Part shown: piece after piece, positions 1-11,455 of the stretch
Layout: every line of letters starts with the position of its first letter
Position numbering within the stretch: the first letter of the stretch is position 1
Notes under the pieces: model-generated
Database searches by the model: none
Seen by the model: only the letters and a program-made list of their open reading frames with translations
What the model was told of the DNA's origin: nothing
Origin: Zancudomyces culisetae HAW-14-8
Taxonomy: Eukaryota > Fungi > Kickxellomycota
Assembly (NCBI GenBank): GCA_052426225.1
Contig: JBNJNM010000021.1
Span: 2,232,001 to 2,296,000 of the forward strand
Length of the DNA stretch: 64,000 bases
Direction of reading: 5' to 3'
Translations under genes and position numbers: made by a program

Positions 1-1425
1 TTATCAATTCTATAGATATTTTATCAATATATATATTTATACATGTTTATTTAAATATATCTATTCATTAGTCTAATATTGATAATACACAAGACAAAAA
101 AACAAACGGTTCAAATATATTATAACATTTTATTGTATTGTCTTTGTTTATTAATTGTCCATTATATCATTGTTAAATCCATTACCTGTTAGAATATACT
201 CTTTATATACCAATCATCCCAAAAAGTATACCAAATGTTATTACATACAAATATATATATATGCAAATCGTTTATTCTAATGTTTTTCTTTTCTTTTTGT
301 AGTTTTACCCCCAAATTCATAATATCAAAATATAGTTGTATCTTGTGCTAATAAAACCACTTGAAAATAACTAATTATGGAATCTTGATGTTTTAACAGC
401 TTGATAGATATTTAACTATTAAAAGATGAAAAGGAAAAGATAAAATAAAAATCTACAATACTGGTTTGTACAACTTTGTTGCAAAAGCATATAAATCATA
501 TATACTACACAATAAAAACCATCAAGAAACTCTCTATTTAGCACTACCCTATCTCCTCCTATCTGTTCAAGTCGGAAAAGTAATTTATATAAAAAAAGGA
601 CATTTAGCTATTTCAATTCAAAATTAATAACCAGTTCGTAATTGATTATACTAGATATATAAATGTTCAAGAATAGCAAGCACGGGCAGAAGGAGGAGGA
701 AGAGGAGGAGGAGGGATGGGATTATAATTCAAAATACTAATACTTTAAACTACAAAAAAAGAGAAAAGGGCTGGACTGCCAATCTTACAGATATTGAACT
801 ATGTATATATTCCCTCAACACTCAACATTCAATACTCATCATATGTTATTCTTATTCTTTTCTTGATTAGTTGCTGTGATATATAAATAAATAAAATTGT
901 TCATTTGATTATGTACACAAAACATTGGACAAGAATATTAATTATAGCGAACTGTAGTATCATTACGCTTGAATGTCTCCAACTAATAATTATGAGGAAT
1001 ATAACATAATGATCACAACGACTACCAATTTAAACTACAATACAAAAATCATCAAATTTCCCACCGAAAAGAAAAAAAAATAAAGAATTAAATTGGTTTG
1101 TGTTTATTTATTATTATTGTCTTTGTCTGAGAATTTTATTAAGCCTTTCAGAATAATTGGTGAAATAAATAATAAATTAATTAACGAAATTATCTAAAAA
1201 AAATGGAAATAATGGTAAAAACAAGTCGAATGGAAGAGCTAGAGTTTGAGGAGGCAAAAAAAAAAAAACAAACACCAATAATATATTATTCAAAGACAGA
1301 CAATAACAGATACTACAAATTGAACAGAGAGAACTTCAATTCCAAATAGATTAAATAATATTTGTGTATTAAAAGTAACAGGGACAAGCGATATTTTGCA
1401 AGATAGATAGAAAATACAAAAAATA

Positions 1426-4284
1426 ATGGAAAAGGAAAACGTCAAAGCGAGCGAGTTGTTTAAAAAATGTATGTTTTCCGTAGTGATCCCAGAGAAAAAA
1501 GTCCTAAACACACAAGAATACGAAACGCTGCAGAATGTTGAATCTAGAGAATATATCTACAAGGATGAAAAAGTAACAGGGTATCTACTGGCAAGTATCC
1601 CTACGAAAATACCACAGACTAATACTGGTAATGATGATGAATCTGCAATGCACAGTGTGGATATTTCTGAAGCTGAGGCCAAAAGATTTTTTAAAAAACT
1701 GCGATTTAGCATTGTTACATTTATTAAAAAGACAAGGGAAAATGTAGGGATAGAGACAGCAGCAAATGTAGAAATAAGTGCTGGAACAGGGACAGGGGCT
1801 AGAGAAGCGGCAAAAGCTTTAGATATGAGAATAGGAGGCAGAAGTTCTAGTAATATTGGGAGATTTAAAAGGGAATCAAATATTGGAGTGGGAAACAGAA
1901 ACAGATTGCTGAGTTTCCGACCCGAGGCAAGAATTATGGGGGTAGATATGAGTACAAGTGTAAGTGGGACAGGAAGTAATACTACAGGCACAGGAAGAAC
2001 ACTAAAAAGGAAATCCAGCCGTATAATGACAACTATCCAGAATATAGCAAATACAGAATCAGTATTTTCAGTTTCGACAACCAAAAAAAAGGATGTGGCA
2101 GAAGGAGCACAAGATACGTGGTTTCAACTGTATGAGTTTCTGATTTGTTCAAGTGCTGGGCATGAAAAGGCGGGAGAAAGTAGAGAGAATGAAGAGGAGG
2201 AGTTGGAATTGGAAATCCGAGTGGCAAACAAACAACTGGATGAACAGGAAATGTTGGGTTTGGAAAGTGAAATTGTTGTTGCGCGAAGTATTAGCAACCA
2301 GGTTGAATTGTTTGAAGATTTGAGCGAATGTAAGTATGATTGCACTTGATGTATATTTTTTAGTGTGTATTTTTTACAATAATTAAAAAGAGAAAGAGGA
2401 GGGAAAAGATGATGTGATAGTAGTAAAGTAAATAAAGAAATTCAAATTTAATTATGAATAGGGTTAACTAACGAGCAAAGGTTATTCAAAAAATACAATT
2501 TCAACAAGAATGATAAAAAGGCATCGATATTGTCAACACAAGCCAACAAAAACCAAGGACTGGTAGATGTTAGACAAGACGTGGATATGGAAGCGCTGAT
2601 GACGTTTCCTAGGAGGATGTTTAAAATAACACTTCCAATAAAGGCGTTGGTGGATATTCGATACCGTATAGTTCAATCGGCACCGCACTGTGGAGCCGAG
2701 CAAGTATTTCTAGAGATACAATTGGTAAAGCAGGGGTCTGGTAGTGGGTATGGTGATCAAAGGTCGAGACAGACAATTGTCGAGTTGGTTGGAGTAGAGT
2801 TGGAATCAAGCAATCTAGTAGTGACTAGGATCAGCCAAAACAAGTATCCGGCGGAATTACGAGTGAGGGGACAGACGATTACAGAGCTGTATAGCATTTC
2901 ATTATCGACAAATGCGATTGGAATAGACTCAGATATGCAAGTGTGTCTTTGCGTAACGGGTAGAATTGTAGAATTGAAACAAAAGACTACGACGCAATTG
3001 GTTGAGCAATTAGAAAATCGGATGATGATTGATTTAGGAGATATTGCAAGGTCATATTTCGACTCAAGTGCAGGAAAAGAAGTAACAAAACAACTCACAA
3101 GTAATCGCAAAGTTGTGTCGATAGAAACACCCAGCTTCAAGCAGATTTACTCTGGGGTGCGTGAAGATAATTTTGGACAGGAAACACCGTTAATAACTAT
3201 AAATAAGGATCAGTTTGGCTATAGAAATCACAGCCAAATGCTTCAAGCCCGGGCAAGTTCAGCTGAAGTACCGCCAGTACGTGAGTTTTATTCGTCTTCA
3301 ATCTCAAACCCAACACCAACAACGACAACACCAACAACAGCAGGAGAAAAAGAAAGACAAAATGGAAATGAAAATGAAAAAAATAATGAAAAAGGAGAAG
3401 AAAATAGTAAATCAAACCCTCCGCTTCCACAAAGATCCTATTTCCTGCCTCACAGATTTAGTAGCAAGGCAATCTTTTCTCCAACAAATCTTTATAGCGC
3501 AAGTCCTTCTGAACATAGCCGGCTATCAGCACCTAACCTCAATGTTGGCAGTGTTATTGATTCTAGTGTTGTCGGTGAGAGCCATACAAATCTTATATCC
3601 ACAGTTCCAAGAGTTCATTCTAATACTAACCCTACCAATGATAGTGAGTTTGATTCAGAAAATCTACGGAAAGATTCTCACATTAGTACCACAGCGGCAA
3701 CAGCAACAGCAGCAACAGCTACCACTTCAGTAATCGCGCCACTGGCGACTACTATTGAATCTTTATCCATTCCTCCTGCTAATTCTAATCAAAACATTTT
3801 TCTTACTGATCAGACAGAAAACGATTGTTGCGATCTAACTGTAAATTTCCAATGTCCTCCAATTGTTAAGGCTGGTGCTACTTTTAGTGTCCTAATAACT
3901 GTCAGAAACAATTTAGATTTTGCTCTAGAAAGACTGGTTATCAAAACTAATATGGATCAATATATAGCTGATCAAATCCAAATCAATAACATCAACATAA
4001 ACAATTTCAATACCGAAACTTCTGCATTACCCACAAAAAACTCTCCTGGATTACTTTTACTTCCCTTAGATGGTCAAGTTCATTTTCAAAAGTTTGGCGG
4101 TGAACAAAGTATTTTGCCTCCAAATGTTTCCGAAACTGTTATGATTAGATACTATGTATCCAATACTCAAGGTTTTGCTTCATTGGGGAATCTGACTATA
4201 CAATATCACTATAAATCTAATGATTCCAACGATAAATTCTTTTCCTGCGAGTTTGAAGCTCCTGTATTAATATACATATTATAA
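1426..4284 (+). CDS. TRAPP-II subunit Trs65/TRAPPC14-like protein, 2 exons (about 1426-2333, 2481-4284)
   Basis: ORFs 1426-2349 and 2530-4284 join in frame through an intron GTATGA(2334)...ACTAAC...AAAG(2480). An alternative GTAAGT donor at 2330 would need a different acceptor. The N-terminal 'ESREYIYKDEKVTGYLL' and C-terminal Ig-like 'LTVNFQCPPIVKAGATFSVLITVRNN...GFASLGNLTI' resemble fungal Trs65. Confidence 0.55.
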
Positions 4285-4426
4285 TTTATTTTTACCCTTT
4301 AATGCATCTTCTCCCTTTTACCCTTTCTAATCCCTTTATTATACCGTATAAATTGATATTGTGTTTATTAGATTGAATACTTATGGAAATATAATAAACT
4401 AGATTTAAACAAATTCAAAAACCAAA

Positions 4427-5262
4427 CTAAACCAAATTTTGAAACACTTCAAACTTTGATACTCTAAGTAATGTGTGTAATTGTTGATGCTTCAATGTTC
4501 GTTGATATCCCTTTCTTCTCTTCTTCTTGAAGATTGTAATTTCTTTTCCTTCAGGATGTTCCAAAACAGTAACTTGGATATTAACCAAGTTTGGATCCAA
4601 GAATCGAATACCCTTTTTACCACTTTCACCATTATCTCCTACTTCTGCCTCTGACTCCGTGGCAGTCAATAGATAATCCTTTGATCCCAACTCTACTATC
4701 TGTTCAAGCTGTAGTTTATCTCCTACATTCACTTCGTTTATTCGATCCATCACAATTATGTCTCCCAACGTCACTGTAAATAGCCGCCCCTTTATCACCA
4801 CTGTGGCATAATGACGTGGCTGTTCTGCCAATAACTTTAGCAATCCATTTTGTTCTTCTACTGAACTAACTGGTTTTATAAGATTACTCATCTTCTCACC
4901 CGTTTTTCTGGTCAGTGGTGGTGCAAAACTAACATTATCCGCTGGCTTTGTTGTTGTATCCGCATCTGCAGTGGAATTTGTCAAGTTTGTGGTTGAAAAT
5001 AACGCTCTACTTCCTTTGCGTAGATTTGATTCGAAAACTTGAGTAAGTTTTGTCGTTGTATTTACATTTGTACCTATTCAAAAAAATATAATTTATGATT
5101 TTAAATATTTAAACATTTAAAGGAGGATTTACAAAATTATTCAATTGAAAAATCTAGGAATTCGTTTTTGAATGTAACAGGCAACGAACAATAGTCTAAA
5201 GTAAATTTACCTTTAACGAGGCCATATCTGAGTTTTGGCACAATACCTAGATTCCTAAACAT
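4427..5262 (-). CDS. Mitochondrial ribosomal protein bL21m, 2 exons (5262-5211, 5073-4427)
   Basis: L21 motifs 'YATVVIKGRLFTVTLGD' and 'IFKKKRRKGYQRTLKHQQLHTLLRV'. Intron 5210-5074 (GTAAAT...ATAG) gives a 699-nt in-frame CDS with a basic presequence MFRNLGIVPKLR. Confidence 0.88.
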
Positions 5263-5897
5263 TTTGCACTTGTAGCACTTAATTGCTCTATGTCTAGAAA
5301 TATACTGATTTTTTTATTTCAAAATCTCAATATCTACAGTATATTTTTGATTTAACCATTAACTTGATTATTACTACTGTAATCGATTATTTTTTTATCA
5401 ACAATTTGCTGGTTAAAATTCCAAAATAAAACATTGTAAAATAAAATATAAGGAAATATTTTCCAGAAGAAATGCAAGCAATTCATTTTGAATCTGTGGG
5501 GGAAGATGTAGGGAGGTTTTCCCAATTCTTTTGCCTAAAATTATTACATTGGATTTGAAAAATTTTTTTTTTGTCCTCAGTTATTTAACTTTGTTTATTT
5601 TCGGATGAAAATAACGGGAAACTGGAGAAGAAAAGTAGAGGGAAAACCACGCTACACCTGCAAAAAAAAGCTTTGTCACATGATAAGAGTAGCCCATGTA
5701 CCAATTTTTTTATTACTGCTAATTGGAATATAATGCGAGTTGCATTATTCCTTGGATTACTTTAACAAACTCGACCATTTGTAAAACTAGAATACACCAA
5801 GACTAGTCTTTTTTAATTTATTAGAAAAAGATACTATAGAATATAATATTATACTTAAATACTTGTAACAAATATATCACGATAGCAGTAAAGGAAA

Positions 5898-7381
5898 ATG
5901 TTCAAAAGTAGGTATTTCCCAAATTAGGGCTATTTTATAATATATTGGGCCAGCTTTAGCTAGAAAATTATAATCATAATTTGCATAAATATAGGTGGAG
6001 CAAAACTGAGTCGAGAGGAATATAGACGACAAAAGGATTTAGATGCGGCGAGAAAGGCAGGAAATGCACCAGCACAAGTCGATGAGGAAGGAAATGATAT
6101 TAATCCACACATTCCGCAATTTATGATACAGGCTCCATGTAAGTACAAAACAACAAAAATAAAAGTTTACTGGAATATACAGTATGTACATGTATAATAA
6201 TATAATAGAAAAGTGATACTGATATTAACTATCTACTGTGTGTAGGGTATGTCGATACAAGTAAGCCAGGATTAAAACATCAGCGAAAACAAGGCGAAGA
6301 GAAAAAGGCCTCTGATGGATGGTATTCGCGAGGCGCAAGAAAAGAACAAGCATCAACAAAGTATCGAAAGGGCGCGTGTGAAAATTGTGGTGCGGGTTCG
6401 CATAAAACCAAGGATTGTATGGAGCGACCACGCAAAAAGGGCGCGAAATGGACGGGTAAGGATATCCAGCCGGACGAAATTGTAGAAACAATAGACTTTG
6501 ATTATGATAAGAAGCGGGATCGATGGAATGGATACGATTCACGTCAACACCTCAAACTGGTAGAGGAATGGGAGCTGATAGAGGAAGCAAGAAAGAAACG
6601 CAAAGCTCAAGAGCTGGACGAGGCCATTGCATCAGGCAATATTGAGGGTACAAATCTGCTAAATTTGGGAGATAGCAGCAGTGAAGAAGATAATGAAGAC
6701 AAATACGCGGAAAGTATCGATATGCCGGGTCAAAAGTTGGATGTCCAGTCGCGCACAACTATCCGTAACTTGCGAATTCGGGAAGACACAGCCAAGTATC
6801 TACATAACCTTGATCCAAACTCCGCATACTACGATCCAAAATCGCGGTCAATGCGTGATAACCCATATGGAAACACCGACCCACGCACACTAGCATATGC
6901 TGGAGACAACTTTTCCCGTAGTACTGGTGAAATCACTGAGCTTACAGATGTACAGGCGTATGTATGGGAAATTGATGGACGTACGGCAGCAGCACCACAT
7001 ATGGCAGCGCATTTACAGGCCAATCCCACACAAACTGTGCTTTTGAAGAAACAAGAAGACCAAAAGAAACTGGATGCCAAAGAACAAAGACGCCGCGAAA
7101 TTCTGCAGAAATATGCAGATGAAGAATCACAGATTGGAAAGGAGGCTGAAAAGCTGGCAATGGCTAAGCAACTGACACAAACCGAACGATATGTTGAATA
7201 CTCGCGACACGGGCAGGTGGTCAAAGGGGGTGGCGGCCAGCATTCCCACAAGTCGCAGTATGTTGAAGATGTGTATCCAAACAACCACACTTCAGTTTGG
7301 GGTTCGTACTGGAAAGATGGAAAATGGGGCTACAAATGTTGTCACCAGTTCTTCAAAAACTCTTACTGTGTTCCTCTTTGA
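5898..7381 (+). CDS. SLU7: Pre-mRNA splicing factor Slu7, 3 exons (5898-5907, 5995-6138, 6246-7381)
   Basis: '[46 protein letters not shown]', Zn knuckle [14 protein letters not shown], '[31 protein letters not shown]' and '[10 protein letters not shown]...WGYKCCH'. Both introns are GT-AG and in frame. Confidence 0.96.
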
Positions 7382-7511
7382 GTTTTGTTAGTTTTTGTTT
7401 GACTAAATGTTTTGTATATACTTTTAATGATAAAACTAAAATTTATTTTATTTAAAAGAGCTCTCTCCCCTACAATTAAAAAAAATATATAGGCTATATA
7501 TAACTATTCAT

Positions 7512-8087
7512 TTATTCCTCATCCTCATCATCTCCTCCAGCTGCGCGGTTAGCTGCGTTTCTGAGGTTTCTTCTCTTTACTCTTCCTGGTCTACCGCCAC
7601 CGAATGGTGAGGTCAAAGCAAAGTCAATGTGTTTCTGTGAGTCCAATCTTACAATGAAGCTTGGTACGTTAACCAATTGCTTGCCTACTCTGATGTGGCG
7701 CTGTCTAATCAAAACTCTTGCGTGATGGACAGATTTGGCCAATCCAAGCTTGAATACTTGGGTTTGGAGTCTTCTTTCCAAAAAGTCCTCAACTCTGAGT
7801 GACAATACGTAATCCAACTTGGTCTTGCTTTCGTCGAGCACTCCAATTCTAATAAGTCTTCTAATCAAAGCGTTACCTTCGAACAATCTTCGTGGGTCTT
7901 TGGCATCCAACTTCAACAACTCTCTGGCTGCTCTGCGGATGTTGGACAATGTGTATGCTACTCTCCAGATCTCTCTCTTGTTACGGAGTCCGTACTCTCC
8001 GCACAATTTAAGTTCCTGATCCAATCGCTCCTTTTCGAATGGACGACGTGGTACCTTATATGTCTTGCTACAATTTCTCAATGACAT
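7512..8087 (-). CDS. RPS9: 40S ribosomal protein S9 (uS4)
   Basis: '[31 protein letters not shown]...[30 protein letters not shown]'. Confidence 0.99.
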   Translation of the reverse strand: MSLRNCSKTYKVPRRPFEKERLDQELKLCGEYGLRNKREIWRVAYTLSNIRRAARELLKLDAKDPRRLFEGNALIRRLIRIGVLDESKTKLDYVLSLRVEDFLERRLQTQVFKLGLAKSVHHARVLIRQRHIRVGKQLVNVPSFIVRLDSQKHIDFALTSPFGGGRPGRVKRRNLRNAANRAAGGDDEDEE

Positions 8088-8124
8088 TGTTTATTTTTCT
8101 TTTTTTTAACACTTCGTTTAATAC

Positions 8125-8315
8125 CTAGTTAGTACATTATGATACATAAAAGTGTCAGTATTGATACTGAATACGCTTCTCATCTTGCTCAAACCACAAA
8201 AAAGTGCTTTTGTCCAAAATCATTTGAATTCGTCCTCCTTCCTCATCTTGACATTTATGTTTCAAGATTGCAGCTGCAACTCGACCACAAGTATTCTATT
8301 CGAGTATATACTTAC
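8125..8315 (-). other. Predicted 5'UTR intron of RPS9
   Basis: Minus strand CAG|GTAAGT at 8315, and a perfect TACTAAC immediately followed by TAG ending at 8125, 37 nt before the ATG. Confidence 0.75.
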
Positions 8316-10751
8316 CTGTCTAAAAGAGGGATCCTTCTTTAGAGTTTCGTATTAGTGAATACTTAATAGCTATATATTTTTGTTTAAAAAAGGATCAGGC
8401 CTTTAAACACGCATATATTTTTTCAAACTAAAAAAAATAAAAGTAATAAACAAAAAAATTGTTAGCCTTTTGAAATAGTAATAGAAATTTTTTAAAAAAA
8501 TTTTTTTTTACTATTATTATTACCGAATTGATATTTTTGGGTATAGTAAATTATGAATATTACTAGTGGATGTTTACCATAAAATTAAAGAATACAAGAA
8601 AAAAAAATTTTTTTTTAGTTAGAGTAAGGGTCAAACATTTCAATATTATAAACTAAACCCAAACCCGTAAATTGAACAACCTAACATGCTTCAAATTGAA
8701 TGATTTTTTTTTTTACCATTTTTTTTTCTGCGTTTTTGAAATGAAAAATTATAATGAAAAACCGAGCAATCATTGCGAGGCTCAGACAATCAATCTTGTG
8801 TCCAACAAACTCCCCCCCCCACTGCCCTCAAGATATCTCTTTAAAAAAATTTTTTTATCTTGCCAGTCTGCAAGATATATTCCCAATACGGTACCAAAAT
8901 ATTGATATTTTCCCTCTGAATCCTTTTGCCCTACATGCCCATAAAATTTTTTTAAATCCAATTGATTGGAAACCAAAGCCCTAAAAAAAAATGTTTTTAG
9001 ATTATGCTGGGTAAACGCATATTTTTTTTTGAGATTGAACATAAAGAGCAATGGAGGGTGTAGGGTGGGGGTGGGTATAGGGGTTAAGTATTTGCGGATT
9101 ATTCTTGCAAATTAGCAGTGTAAAAAAAAACTGCCCAAAATTCTATTGCAACTAATTAGTGCAAGCCTGGGTAAAAATCTCTCCCTAAACACTGCAATTT
9201 CTTTTGCCTTTTCTTTTTTTTGCATGTTGTGAATAGCCATGTACACTGTAATGTTTGTTTTAGGGTGTACATAACAAAAGTGCATCTCAAAATACCTGTT
9301 GGAAATAGCAGTATGGATGAATAATAATGGCTCCCTCCTCCTCCTGCTTCTCCCTCGCCAAATTTTATGGCGTCAGTTGCATGTTACACGTACATCATAT
9401 CTGTTTGTAACCAGATCCTCCAAAGCATAGTGATGGTTTTTGGGTGATATAATGAACACATGATAAGTCCCATTTATAGTGGTGGATCGTTTGAATTGGA
9501 AGCTGGATCCAGACATCTGTTGGAAAGGTTATTTCTGTATTAATGTTACGTAGAAAATGCCGTCTAATTGGCATTATTGAAATGTTCATTAACTCTGTGT
9601 CAATAGAAAGATTTCTTTAGTGATATTACTGTAATGCCATTATAACAAATAACAATGTTGGAGATGCTATTTAGTAAATAAATAAAAAAGGCAAAGTGTC
9701 CAGTATTTCATATTGCATCTAGATATCATGTATCAATGGATGATGATAGAACGAACTAGTGATGAGTGAGGCGAAAGAGTTAGTGATACTTTAAATGATG
9801 CACATTAACTGTATATACATATCTCTGTCTCTGTATTCCACAAGGATAGTAACAATCGGACAAATAATTGTGATGTACTAGCAGTATCGTGTATCCAGTT
9901 GCAAGCAAAAAGCATTAGTGTAGATGCGGATATCAATATGGATATAGATATGGATACATTTTGTATGTACCAATATTTGGGTGGCAGAATATTATAAAGT
10001 CACTTGACTTGAAGTTTGATTAGCTTAAATGCTTCTTTGGCCTTTTTTTTTCATCCAAAGCGGTAAAATCGGGTTTAATTAAGCAGCAAGAAGAAAATAA
10101 GTTAGTTATATTAAACCTCGAAAATGAAAACTCTAGATGGATATTGGCTAATTTTGATTCAATAATCTGTCGGGTAAGTTTTTATTGCAAAAATTAAATT
10201 AAGAGCGGACAAATACAAGTAATTGTAAACATTGTTGAATTTTATGGCTGATTTTCTATTTCTTGCAAAATATGCGCTTGGAACCTCAAGTAAAAAAAAA
10301 TATGTCTTGAAAATTACAAATGGACTATTTTGCTAGGATTTGAATTTTTATATGCTGGATTTAGTAGCAAGAGGGGGAAGGGGAAGGGAGAAAAAAGTTT
10401 AGTTATTCGGGCTAGTTTGCGAAAAAAAATAATTTCGATTCAGGCAATGATCCTGCTAATTTCCCAATTTTTTCTCTCCTAAAAATCATTTCAAAAAAAA
10501 AACAATAGCAATAGCAATAATTACAAAAAATTTTTTTTTTGAACACTTTCCTTGACAAGGAGGAAAAAAAAAAAAAAATTAGGCTTCAGTTATAAAACTT
10601 TTTTTTTAAAAATATTTACAGTTATTTTAATAAAAATTAACATATAGCTATATATAATACAGCTAGAAGTATATATATATACGAAAAAATTTTTCTTGGT
10701 TGCGAGAGTTTCCAATCTGTTGTTTTGACTGACAAACACATTGTAATAAAG

Positions 10752-10875
10752 GTAAGAACACAAACAAGTACAAGGATAGTAGTGCGGTGGAGCACAGTAG
10801 TAGAAAGTAAAAAGTAGATCATCTAAATTAAAATGGGACGAATTGTGATTGTGATTTGGTTTGAATAATGATTAG
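10752..10875 (+). other. Predicted 5'UTR intron of RPL21
   Basis: AAG|GTAAGA at 10752 and TTAG| at 10875, 19 nt before the ATG. The branch point is weak. Confidence 0.5.
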
Positions 10876-10894
10876 GTAAAAAAAGAATAAAAAG

Positions 10895-11377
10895 ATGCCA
10901 CACTCATTCGGTTACCGTGCACGCACACGACACATGTTCGCAAAGGACTTCCGTAAGAAGGGTCCAGTGAAGCTGTCGACATACATGCACATTTACAAGG
11001 TAGGCGACATTGTTGATATCAAGGCTGACGGATCTATCCACAAGGGTATGCCACACAAGTTCTACCACGGAAAGACCGGTATTGTGTACAATGTGACCAA
11101 GACCTCAGTTGGAATCATCGTCAACAAGAAGGTCCGCAGTCGATACATTGAAAAGAGAATCAACGTAAGAATCGAACACGTCAAGCGCAGCAAGTGCAGA
11201 GACGATTTCTTGAAGCGTGTAAAGGAGAACCACGCCAAGATCAAGTTGGCCAGAGAAACCGGTCAACGCGTAGTTGTCAAGCGTCAACCAGAGCAACCAC
11301 GCAACGCAACCTTTGTTTCTACTTTCAACAACGCCCCAGTCACCTTGACACCAGTTCCATATGATACTTTGATTTAA
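10895..11377 (+). CDS. RPL21: 60S ribosomal protein L21 (eL21)
   Basis: '[15 protein letters not shown]...[29 protein letters not shown]...[10 protein letters not shown]'. Confidence 0.99.
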   Translation: MPHSFGYRARTRHMFAKDFRKKGPVKLSTYMHIYKVGDIVDIKADGSIHKGMPHKFYHGKTGIVYNVTKTSVGIIVNKKVRSRYIEKRINVRIEHVKRSKCRDDFLKRVKENHAKIKLARETGQRVVVKRQPEQPRNATFVSTFNNAPVTLTPVPYDTLI

Positions 11378-11455
11378 GTTTTGACTTTTTATATAATATA
11401 TAATAAACTTTTAAAAGAGAATCAAAATATCATTAAAACTATGTTTCTTGCTTGA

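Noticed and set aside
9720-9800. TGATGA motifs in the RPS9-RPL21 spacer (also near 17220 and 44088) as box C/D snoRNAs
   Set aside because: No suitably placed CTGA D box or terminal stem, and no recognisable rRNA guide.
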